27,494 nucleotides of DNA. Source: Pseudomonadota bacterium. GTDB taxonomy: Bacteria > Bdellovibrionota > Bdellovibrionia > Bdellovibrionales > SG-bin7. Position numbers and translations under genes: made by a program. Each line of letters opens with the position of its first letter. Within the stretch, counting starts at the first letter, position 1. Shown piece by piece: positions 20,036 through 27,494 of this stretch. The stretch spans positions 1-27,494 of the forward strand of contig JAWXAY010000012.1 of NCBI GenBank assembly GCA_034439715.1, written 5' to 3'. The notes below the pieces were generated by a model. The model was not told the origin of the DNA and did not search any database. It worked only from the letters and a program-made list of their open reading frames with translations.

Positions 20036-20260
20036 TTATAGTACTGTGTTAGCGAGAATTTCTACATTAAAGGCTTCTGGGCCCTGTTCAGTTTCGATGA
20101 GATCAAATTTGACTGCCATACCGTTAAAGAGCGTTACGTTTTCTTGCTTTTTTCGATCAACAATAGAAGTGTAGTGCACATATACATCTTTGCCTGTGGA
20201 GACTTCAATAAATCCATGTCCACTTAAATCGTTGAACCATTTTATCTTGCCACTAATCAC
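20036..20260 (-). CDS. Cold-shock domain protein
   Basis: GKIKWFN, GHGFI (RNP1), DVYVHYT (RNP2), GPEAFNV; GTG start with AGGAGG RBS. Confidence 0.9.
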   Translation of the reverse strand: MISGKIKWFNDLSGHGFIEVSTGKDVYVHYTSIVDRKKQENVTLFNGMAVKFDLIETEQGPEAFNVEILANTVL

Positions 20261-20277
20261 CGAGCGCCTCCTTGCCT

Positions 20278-20568
20278 CTAATTATCAGAAAAAACAAAAA
20301 TTAATTCTCCCTCACTCGCCAGATCGAGTCGATCACGAACCTCATGTTCGATAAAATCGGGGTCATTGACTCGACGAAATTGGCTGTCTAGCACCTTAAA
20401 ATCGTTATTTAGTTTACTCACACTTTCAATCATACGGATTTCATCATGATAAAGGTTCCACAATCTAAAAAGACTGCCTTCTCCCAACAAGAGAACGACA
20501 CAGCTAAAAAAGCAGATCCATAAGATCTTAAAGGGTGAGTGTAAAATATCGGATAGCCATTGAACCAT
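20278..20568 (-). CDS. ftsB: Septum formation initiator (FtsB/DivIC family)
   Basis: TM segment, then GEGSL, a coiled coil and DPDFIEHEVRDRLDLASEGELIF; the position downstream of eno is the classic eno-ftsB synteny. Confidence 0.8.
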   Translation of the reverse strand: MVQWLSDILHSPFKILWICFFSCVVLLLGEGSLFRLWNLYHDEIRMIESVSKLNNDFKVLDSQFRRVNDPDFIEHEVRDRLDLASEGELIFVFSDN

Positions 20569-20614
20569 GATTTATTATAGCGAATTTTTTATTTAAATTC
20601 CACCAGTCTTGTGG

Positions 20615-21883
20615 CTAGAAGGCGTCTTTACCCCAATACTGAGCCTTAGAACCCAGTGTTTCTTCGATCCTTAGGAGTTGGTTATATTTAGCGATACGGT
20701 CGCTACGAGAAAGGCTTCCTGTTTTGATCTGCTCGCATCCCATTGCCACCGCCAGATCAGCAATAATATTATCTTCAGTTTCACCGCTTCGGTGGGACAT
20801 AATCGTATGAAAATCACTTTCCTTCGCCAGCTTTACGGCATTGGCGGTTTCAGAAAGAGTGCCAATTTGGTTTACTTTTACCAATAGCGCATTGGCCGCT
20901 CGCCTCTTGATTCCCTCCAACAGACGTTTGGGATTTGTAACAAAAAGGTCATCTCCCACGATTTGAATTTTGTCGCCATGACTCTTGGTAAAACTAATCC
21001 AACCATCCCAGTCATCCTCAGAAAAACCATCTTCGATACTTAAAATCGGAAAATCCTTAGCCCAATCAGCATAAACCTCGGCCATTTGCTCATAATTCAG
21101 ACGATTACCTTCCCAGTTATAGGCACCTTCTTTATAAAACTCGCTAGCAGCAACATCCAATGCAATATAAATATCTCTACCCAATTGATAGCCGCTTTCT
21201 GTTATGGCCTCAGAAATTAATTCCAGAGCCTCACGATTGGCCTTTAATCGTGGAGCAAAGCCACCTTCATCACCCACGGCCGTTGAATGACCTTTTTTAT
21301 TTAATATCTTCTTGAGCGCTTGAAATACCTCTGCGCCGGCGCGCAATGATTCACGAAAACTTCCACCGACCAAAGGGACAATCATAAATTCTTGCACATT
21401 AAGTCCATTATTAGCGTGAGCGCCGCCATTCAAAATGTTCATTAGTGGCACCGGTATTTTGTAGTGATCGCGGGCACCCAGGTATTGATACAGGGGCAAG
21501 CCCCTGTCCTGGGCTGCGGCTCGAGCGACAGCTAGAGATACTCCTAATATGGCATTTGCCCCCAGCTTCATTTTATTTTCAGTACCATCAAGCTTCAACA
21601 TAAGCTCATCAATTTCTGACTGTTTTGAGGGATCAAAACCTATCAGTTTGGGCGCAATGGTCTCATTAACACTCTTAACTGCGATTAAAACCCCCTTGCC
21701 CAGATATCGCTTTTTATCATTGTCGCGAAGTTCACAGGCCTCATGGGTGCCCGTCGAGGCCCCGCTCGGAACTGCCGCACGTGTTAAAATTCCGTTTTTT
21801 AAAGTGACTTCAACTTCAACAGTGGGTGTACCCCGGCTATCAAGAATTTCACGACCCCAAATTTTTAAAATATTAGAAGACAT
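20615..21883 (-). CDS. eno: Enolase
   Basis: [65 protein letters not shown]. Confidence 0.99.
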   Translation of the reverse strand: MSSNILKIWGREILDSRGTPTVEVEVTLKNGILTRAAVPSGASTGTHEACELRDNDKKRYLGKGVLIAVKSVNETIAPKLIGFDPSKQSEIDELMLKLDGTENKMKLGANAILGVSLAVARAAAQDRGLPLYQYLGARDHYKIPVPLMNILNGGAHANNGLNVQEFMIVPLVGGSFRESLRAGAEVFQALKKILNKKGHSTAVGDEGGFAPRLKANREALELISEAITESGYQLGRDIYIALDVAASEFYKEGAYNWEGNRLNYEQMAEVYADWAKDFPILSIEDGFSEDDWDGWISFTKSHGDKIQIVGDDLFVTNPKRLLEGIKRRAANALLVKVNQIGTLSETANAVKLAKESDFHTIMSHRSGETEDNIIADLAVAMGCEQIKTGSLSRSDRIAKYNQLLRIEETLGSKAQYWGKDAF

Positions 21884-21897
21884 TACTGCTCCTTTTG

Positions 21898-23289
21898 CTA
21901 ATTGACTGGCAAATCGATGGAATAGGTCGCGCCAAAACCTGGCACATGGGATATTCTTAAAATTCCATTGTGTTTCTTGACGATGGCCTTTGCTTCGCGA
22001 AGTTCAAAGTTGCGATCAATCACGCGATCAGTACTAGAATCTGAAATCTCTAAATGCGCTACATTTCCGTAGGGGTAAGCGGCAATTCGTAATTCGCCCC
22101 GACCCTTAAGAGATTGGATGGAATAAGAAAGGATATTTGATAAAGCCGTTGAAAGTCCTTTGGGATATGCCTTAATTTTTTGGCCAAGACTTAGCTGTGT
22201 TTCCACTTTTACATCACTCGGGATATTGGACCTCAAAGTTTCAAGGGCTGATTCAATCACCTGATTAAGATCTACACTTTCACGATCTTCGCCGGCAGCA
22301 TCGCCTCGGTTATGGTTTTGGTGCTTTTCGAGCGTCTCGCGAATATATTGAAGTTCGTCCGAGGCCATCTGTACCGATTTTGGAAAATCTCGCAACAGGA
22401 CTTCCCAGTCCAATTTTGCCAGTGCCCGCATAATGGGGTCAGATTTTTTTTGTTTACCAATAAGCAATGTAATCATCTGTTGGGCTCTCACTAAATAATC
22501 AGAAAGCTTTAAAACTTGGCCGCGAGTTTTTACTAAACTTGGCAATACTTGAGTTAAAATATCTGTTTGCGGCGGACCTTCTGTGACCTGCAATCTTATC
22601 GCTTCTAACTGAGAAGTGAGCTCAGCAATTTCTTTTTGTTTAACCACAAGCTCACGGTTTTTTTCTTCAACCTCTTTTTGTGTATTTTCAATGACCATTT
22701 CTAACGAGCTCATAAAGTCCGGGCTCATGTGACGTTCCATTTGTTCGTCGGGAAACAAGTTTCCTTGGTCTTTCGACCAAGAAATTTCTATTTTAGTGCT
22801 TTGCCACTTAACGGCGGCCACATTGGAACTTACAAAAACCGGTAGACTCTCTAGCGCCGATTTAATGAATAACGAAGTAAACGGAAACTCTTCGGGAGTC
22901 AGAGGAATTGTAAAAGACACAGAATCATCTTTTCTAGAAATATCACAAATAGGCGGGGCCGGAGAAATAAAGTAGGATAAAAATCTTTGTGGTTGCGAAA
23001 ACATATCCTGCGGCTCTTTCATCATACGCAAAACGCTATCTAAAACTCCCCAAGACTTTAGTGTGGGACATAAATGGCCAATCTTGGTGATGATACTTTG
23101 TGTTCCTTCGGTAAAACTAAGATCAACTTCGCGCAAAAAAGTTTCGATCTTAGCGGCATCTAGCCAATAAGAGGGGTCTTCGAGGAATTCCTTAGGAACA
23201 TCAATGGCTTCGATAATCGGATCGAGGTCCTGGCCCTGACTGTGGAGGTGGCGAATGACTGAATTGGTAATCTTGCAGCTAAAAAACAC
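21898..23289 (-). CDS. Histidine-kinase-like protein with a degenerate HATPase_c domain (probable pseudokinase)
   Basis: C-terminal [11 protein letters not shown]…[16 protein letters not shown]…GELRI…LEISD…[27 protein letters not shown] has the HATPase scaffold; central coiled coil; no TM segment. Confidence 0.7.
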   Translation of the reverse strand: MFFSCKITNSVIRHLHSQGQDLDPIIEAIDVPKEFLEDPSYWLDAAKIETFLREVDLSFTEGTQSIITKIGHLCPTLKSWGVLDSVLRMMKEPQDMFSQPQRFLSYFISPAPPICDISRKDDSVSFTIPLTPEEFPFTSLFIKSALESLPVFVSSNVAAVKWQSTKIEISWSKDQGNLFPDEQMERHMSPDFMSSLEMVIENTQKEVEEKNRELVVKQKEIAELTSQLEAIRLQVTEGPPQTDILTQVLPSLVKTRGQVLKLSDYLVRAQQMITLLIGKQKKSDPIMRALAKLDWEVLLRDFPKSVQMASDELQYIRETLEKHQNHNRGDAAGEDRESVDLNQVIESALETLRSNIPSDVKVETQLSLGQKIKAYPKGLSTALSNILSYSIQSLKGRGELRIAAYPYGNVAHLEISDSSTDRVIDRNFELREAKAIVKKHNGILRISHVPGFGATYSIDLPVN

Positions 23290-23399
23290 CCGATATTTTT
23301 AACGCATTTGTATCAGGTATGACAAGGTCCTTAAGTGGAGTGCGAAATCTTTTGTGTGAATTTGCCCCGATGTTAGGCAGTGGCCACAAGGCGATAAAT

Positions 23400-24515
23400 T
23401 TAAGACGCCTTATTGACTTGAAATTTTGTACGCGGAAATGGAATTTTGTTTTCTTCGATTTCAGAATAAAACGACGGAAGAGTGCCTGTCGGCTGAATAG
23501 TAGAGAGGACTTTTCCACCCTCACCTCGAAGCATGTTTGGAAATTTATAAATGTCCTGAGTTTGATAATTACCTTTATCATCAATACCGCTGACCTCTGT
23601 TATGTGGGTCACCTTTCGAGAACCATCTGATAAGCGTGAGATTTGCAGAACAATATTCACGCTATTGCTAATTTGCGTTTGCACTGCCTTTTGACTTATT
23701 TTTGAACCGGCCGCCATAGCAAGCGACTCGAGTCTGACCAGTGCATCGACGGGAGTATTTGCGTGAACTGTCCCCAAGCAACCTCTATGCCCGGTATTCA
23801 TGGCTTGAATGAGATCATAGGCTTCGGCACCACGAACCTCGCCCACGATAATGCGATCCGGTCTGAGGCGCAGCGAGCTTTTCAAAAGATCTTCGATAGT
23901 CACTTCCCCTTTTCCCTGAGCATTGGCCATACGAGTTTCGAAAAATACCACATGCTCATAGTGAATCTTAAGTTCGCTGGCATCTTCAATAACGATAATG
24001 CGTTGGCCTTTGGGTATGCGGTTACATAAAATTCCCAGTAAAGTAGTTTTGCCAGATCCCGTTCCACCACTGACTAATATGTTTTTACCTAGAATCATGC
24101 AAATATCTAAGAATTGAGCAGCCTCTGTTGTAATCGCGCCAAATGTTAAATATTGCTTCATGGTAATTTCAGTTTTTGAAAACTTTCTAATACTAATCGA
24201 GGTTCCTTTGCGGGCGATTGGGTAAAGAACGGCATGCACGCGGTAGCCATCTGGCAACCTGGCATCGAGGCGAGGGTTGTCTTCGTCAATACGTCGTCCC
24301 ACACTCTGCGCAATGTTAATTACTGCCGCCATTAACGCGTCCTCATCAGAAAACTTGGCGGAAACACGAGTCAGCATTCCAGCTTTTTCTACAAAGATTT
24401 CGTCAAAACTATTAACTAAAATTTCTGTAACAGTTGGATCCAAAAGATACTCTTGGATTGGAAAGAGAAATTTCTCTAAAGACCCGTCAAAAATACTCTT
24501 GCTAGAATCATTCAC
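23400..24515 (-). CDS. cpaF: CpaF/TadA-family secretion ATPase
   Basis: DPTVTEILVN, DARLPDG, SIRKF, Walker A GGTGSGKTT, IEDASEL, LRLRPDRIIVGEVRG, MNTGH…TVHAN. Confidence 0.92.
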   Translation of the reverse strand: MNDSSKSIFDGSLEKFLFPIQEYLLDPTVTEILVNSFDEIFVEKAGMLTRVSAKFSDEDALMAAVINIAQSVGRRIDEDNPRLDARLPDGYRVHAVLYPIARKGTSISIRKFSKTEITMKQYLTFGAITTEAAQFLDICMILGKNILVSGGTGSGKTTLLGILCNRIPKGQRIIVIEDASELKIHYEHVVFFETRMANAQGKGEVTIEDLLKSSLRLRPDRIIVGEVRGAEAYDLIQAMNTGHRGCLGTVHANTPVDALVRLESLAMAAGSKISQKAVQTQISNSVNIVLQISRLSDGSRKVTHITEVSGIDDKGNYQTQDIYKFPNMLRGEGGKVLSTIQPTGTLPSFYSEIEENKIPFPRTKFQVNKAS

Positions 24516-24538
24516 AAAATTACCGTCACAAAATTACC
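24512..24538. repeat. 13-bp tandem direct repeat TCACAAAATTACC x2 (14-bp period)
   Basis: Exact copies at 24512-24524 and 24526-24538, spanning the upstream stop codon and the cpaF GTG start. Confidence 0.85.
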
Positions 24539-25049
24539 ACAGAGATGCAGGTTTGCGAACTGTGGGACCGGATGGAGAAAAAATGACCAACTTGCCTTCG
24601 ACAGCCGTTTCGGGACACTGGTACGAAAAAACGCCTTCTTTTTTCGGCTCGATAGTAACGGTTTTAACCTGGCCAAAGTAAGTACCATGATGTTCAGAAA
24701 AAGCATCGAGCATAAAACTTACGTTTTTTTCTTTTTCATTAATGTTAACAATGTGCAACTGGTACCTAGCCCCTACTTTTAGTCTCACAGTATTGGGCAC
24801 AAATCCCTTTTCGGTATTTAAAATAACTACTTCGTTTAACGCGCCATCAGAAGCTATGAAATCAAAAAAACCAATGTTTTCATCAGCTTTTTTTTCATTT
24901 TCATCGCTGACTTCGACTGCCTTAGTGAACGTTTTCTGACGACGAGAAAGATCCAGCTGCCACTCAGCATTAAGTGGCAACGCCAACCCAACAATCATAA
25001 TGAACGTGAGCCGGTTAATGTAATGTTTTACGCCAGTGATAATCCGCAT
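24534..25049 (-). CDS. Secreted cupredoxin-like domain protein
   Basis: Signal-peptide-like N-terminus (…IMIVGLALPLNA); GFVPNTVRLKVG, GQVKTVTIEPKKEGVFSYQCP…GKLVI follow the Cupredoxin_1/EfeO-N-like pattern. Confidence 0.7.
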   Translation of the reverse strand: MRIITGVKHYINRLTFIMIVGLALPLNAEWQLDLSRRQKTFTKAVEVSDENEKKADENIGFFDFIASDGALNEVVILNTEKGFVPNTVRLKVGARYQLHIVNINEKEKNVSFMLDAFSEHHGTYFGQVKTVTIEPKKEGVFSYQCPETAVEGKLVIFSPSGPTVRKPASLW

Positions 25050-25293
25050 ATTCTTTCGCTACCTCCATGGCTAAAAAACCAAGAGTTTGTTTATCAAACT
25101 CACCTAACTTTTGCTGTAATACCGAAGGAGTTTTGTTGTATTTATTAGCGATATCGATAATTTCGTTGACCACATTTTCAAACTTTTCTTTTGCGGCAAT
25201 TTTTTTCTGCCAATCCATTTTTAATACGGGGTCAATAACCCCTAAAAAGTAGAGGGCATCAAACACTGCCTGTAGATTTCCTTGTAGTAACAT
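25015..25293 (-). CDS. Small hypothetical protein (92 aa)
   Basis: ATG with AGGAG/GGGGG upstream; helical, protein-like composition; first gene after the putative sigma28 promoter. Confidence 0.65.
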   Translation of the reverse strand: MLLQGNLQAVFDALYFLGVIDPVLKMDWQKKIAAKEKFENVVNEIIDIANKYNKTPSVLQQKLGEFDKQTLGFLAMEVAKEYADYHWRKTLH

Positions 25294-25324
25294 TGAACCC
25301 CCACTCCTGTTTTCTCTATAGTTT

Positions 25325-25352
25325 TTATCGGCGGGGCCTTGGCAAGAGTGTA
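25325..25352 (-). promoter_or_regulatory. Putative sigma28 (FliA) promoter
   Basis: Perfect -10 GCCGATAA on the minus strand (25332-25325), about 32 nt upstream of ATG 25293; the -35 is weak (TACA-N16). Confidence 0.55.
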
Positions 25353-25404
25353 GTATTGAGACATAGAACTGGACGTTATATTCGAAAACTTGTAACGTTA
25401 CCTG

Positions 25405-26085
25405 ATGCTTGAAATGCGAGTCGTAAAAACATTACTGGACTATCCTCCTGCTCGTGACAATCTGCGGACGAGTCTTGTATTCACGACCTTACTTTTTGTC
25501 CTTACAAGTATTTTTTGGCGTCTCGAAATGGCAACGCAGGATTACTTTTATGGCATATCTCAAGAGGTGTTTTCTAATAAAGAATACTGGCGAATTTTTT
25601 CGGCGGTTTTAATTCATAAAGATATCGGCCATTATGCCTCAAACGCTGTTGCTATTTTAGCTCTGGGTTACCTCCTGTTAGGGTGGTTTAGCTGGCGCGT
25701 TTATCCCGTGGGTTGCTTTTTGTTGGCTGGACTCACAAACGCTTTCGCTTTATGGACCTACGAACCCGAAGTGAGGCTCTTAGGGGCTTCGGGACTGGTT
25801 TACCTTATGGCAGGATTCTGGTTGATGAGTTATGTTTTAATTCAACGCTCGCAACGTCTGGGACGCAGACTTATTCGCGCGGTTGGGGTAACACTCGGTA
25901 CTTTGTTTCCAACGACTTTTGAGCCTGCGGTAAGCTATCGCACGCACGCGATCGGTTTTGTTATTGGTTTAGTTTTTGCCGCTGTCTGGTTTTATTTTAA
26001 CTTTAATCGCATTCGCGGCTTTGAAATACTCGTGCCGGTAGAGCCTGAGGGGTCAGAGGATCTTGGGGAGCCTCGGGAAATTTGA
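25405..26085 (+). CDS. Rhomboid-family intramembrane serine protease
   Basis: EYWRIFSAVLIH, HYASN, catalytic GASG, and THAIGF (catalytic His); about 6 TM segments. Confidence 0.9.
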   Translation: MLEMRVVKTLLDYPPARDNLRTSLVFTTLLFVLTSIFWRLEMATQDYFYGISQEVFSNKEYWRIFSAVLIHKDIGHYASNAVAILALGYLLLGWFSWRVYPVGCFLLAGLTNAFALWTYEPEVRLLGASGLVYLMAGFWLMSYVLIQRSQRLGRRLIRAVGVTLGTLFPTTFEPAVSYRTHAIGFVIGLVFAAVWFYFNFNRIRGFEILVPVEPEGSEDLGEPREI

Positions 26086-26102
26086 GAGCCTTTACCGCTG
26101 AT

Positions 26103-26284
26103 TAATAATACTGCCCCAGAGAATTAGCGCATGTTTAGCGTATGTTTAGCGGCAATTCTTATCACCTATCCGCCCTCCGCACCATTGTCCGCCTCTAGTA
26201 TCAATGCATTTAATCCAAAGCTAAATAATCGCGTTTAACCGAGGTACTGTATTTGCACTTGATTCTTATATAATAATACTGCCC
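26103..26284. repeat. Repeat-rich leader: 14-bp direct repeat TAATAATACTGCCC x2 enclosing an 11-bp tandem repeat
   Basis: Exact copies at 26103-26116 and 26271-26284; TTAGCGYATGT x2.5 at 26124-26151. Confidence 0.75.
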
Positions 26285-26335
26285 TTCAAAGAAAAAAACA
26301 ATTGGGCGAAAGTAAATTAGGAACAGTGAAAGAGA

Positions 26336-26854
26336 ATGGCGAAGCAATTGGAATTTTTTAGAACGAAAAAAAATCCTCGCCTGCATGGAGGGGAAATCGG
26401 TTTAAGAAAAAGAAAAAACCGAAGGCCGATAGATGTCAAAAAACCACTTCATGTTGTTTTACGATCAGACCGAGCAAAAGGAAAGCTAAGTCTTCTCAAC
26501 CACCAGTTCTTCATAAATAAATGTCTGGGACGATTTGCCGGTAAGTTTAATATTTCGATCTACGAAAAAGCAATTGTGGGCAATCACATCCATTTATTAA
26601 TTCGTGGCAAAGAAAGAAAAAATATTCAGGACTTTTTTAGAACTATTGCTTCGCTTATAGCGCGTCACATAACCAAAGCGAGACGGGGGCATCAATTCGG
26701 AAAGTTTTGGTCGTACCTATTGTTTTCGCGACTATTGAACTCTTGGAAAAGAGAGTTTAGCCAAGTAAAAAACTACATCGTGAAAAACACCTTGGAGGCG
26801 CTGGGCAGGATCCGGTATATTCCACGAAAACCCAAAAGTTACGCATTGTTTTAA
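26336..26854 (+). mobile_element. HUH Y1 tyrosine transposase-like protein (IS200 TnpA / RAYT superfamily)
   Basis: PLHVVLR, IYEKAIVGNHIHLLI (HUH motif), KFW…SR, and NYIVKN (catalytic Tyr, YxxxN). No tnpB adjacent. Confidence 0.8.
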
Positions 26855-26919
26855 AGCGAAGTTTTGGCAAGTTGAAGTGAAAGTCTCGCCAATAGAAACA
26901 ACGTCTACAAGACCATTCC

Positions 26920-27494
26920 CTAAAGTATATTCGCGGCAAGCTCGGCGAGTTGTGAGCGCTCTCCCTTAGTTAATGTTACATGCGCAGCAATCTGCTGACC
27001 CTTAAATTTTTCAACTGAGTATGTGAGACCTGAACTCGCAGAGTCCACATAGGGATTATCAATCTGATAACAGTCACCGGTAAGAACCACTTTGGTTCCA
27101 CGGCCGGCACGGGTTACAATGGTTTTAATCTCGTGAGGCGATAAGTTTTGCGCTTCATCGACAATCAAATACTGATTGGGAATACTTCGACCCCGAATAT
27201 AAGTTAAGGGCTCAATATTAAGCATACCCTGGTTGATCAACTCTTGCACTCGACCCGAAGCTTTTTTGTCAGCTCCCATTAAAAATTCTACATTATCAAA
27301 AACGGGTTGCATCCATGGATTCAATTTTTGCTCAATATCGCCCGGCAAATATCCAATGTCTCGTCCCATCGGAAAAATTGGCCGACTCACCAACAATCTT
27401 TGAAACTTACTCTCGTCGAGAGTTTTGTACAGACCAACCGCTAAGGCCAAAAGAGTCTTTCCGGTTCCGGCCTTCCCGACAAGACTAACAAATA
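26920..27494 (-). CDS. phoH: PhoH-family ATPase (PhoH2/YlaK-like), partial, 5' end outside the window
   Basis: The frame extends past the ORF-track start and includes Walker A LVGKAGTGKT; also DIGYLPG, YIRGRSI, DEAQNL, LTGDCYQIDNPY, GERSQLAELA. Confidence 0.92.
   Translation of the reverse strand, partial: FVSLVGKAGTGKTLLALAVGLYKTLDESKFQRLLVSRPIFPMGRDIGYLPGDIEQKLNPWMQPVFDNVEFLMGADKKASGRVQELINQGMLNIEPLTYIRGRSIPNQYLIVDEAQNLSPHEIKTIVTRAGRGTKVVLTGDCYQIDNPYVDSASSGLTYSVEKFKGQQIAAHVTLTKGERSQLAELAANIL

Noticed and set aside
23290..23399. GGGCAAA in the leader of the pseudokinase gene, suggesting a c-di-GMP-I riboswitch
   Set aside because: No P2 GNRA stem or downstream GACGCAAA; the region looks more like a TTGTCA…TAAAAAT promoter.
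26245..26264. TACTGTAT resembling an E. coli-type LexA box half-site
   Set aside because: The ACAG right half is missing at the required spacing.
26100..26290. Possible CRISPR array or canonical REP cluster next to the Y1 nuclease
   Set aside because: Only two 14-bp copies 168 bp apart; no repeat-spacer periodicity, no cas genes, and no GTAG/GTRG-plus-palindrome REP units.

Overview
AT-rich (roughly 40% GC by eye), gene-dense chromosomal segment. Gene content and order point to a Bdellovibrionota (Bdellovibrio-like predatory) bacterium; this is inference, not a database result. Bases 1-8592 (minus strand) hold one contiguous Glt/Agl-type gliding-motility operon: two OM beta-barrels (GltB/GltA-like), GltC, GltD/AgmU, GltE/AglT, GltF/CglF and an FHA-containing GltG that is truncated by the window edge and missing from the ORF track. 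A PilZ protein lies divergent from it. Next come engB-kdsB-pyrG-kdsD (no kdsA), an FHA-sigma54 activator, a DUF6901-like protein, a long orphan FliL and a lipoprotein with a sigma28-like promoter. These are followed by polA, csp, ftsB/divIC, eno and a histidine-kinase-like protein lacking all catalytic motifs. The right end carries a putative sigma28 operon (small protein, cupredoxin-like protein, orphan CpaF/TadA), a rhomboid protease, an IS200/RAYT-like HUH Y1 nuclease with a repeat-rich leader, and a partial PhoH. No rRNA, tRNA or CRISPR array was seen. The most interesting items are the solo Y1 HUH nuclease (clamp-binding-like N-terminus, structured leader, no REPs or TnpB), the pseudokinase, the orphan TadA module, and the PilZ/Glt divergon.
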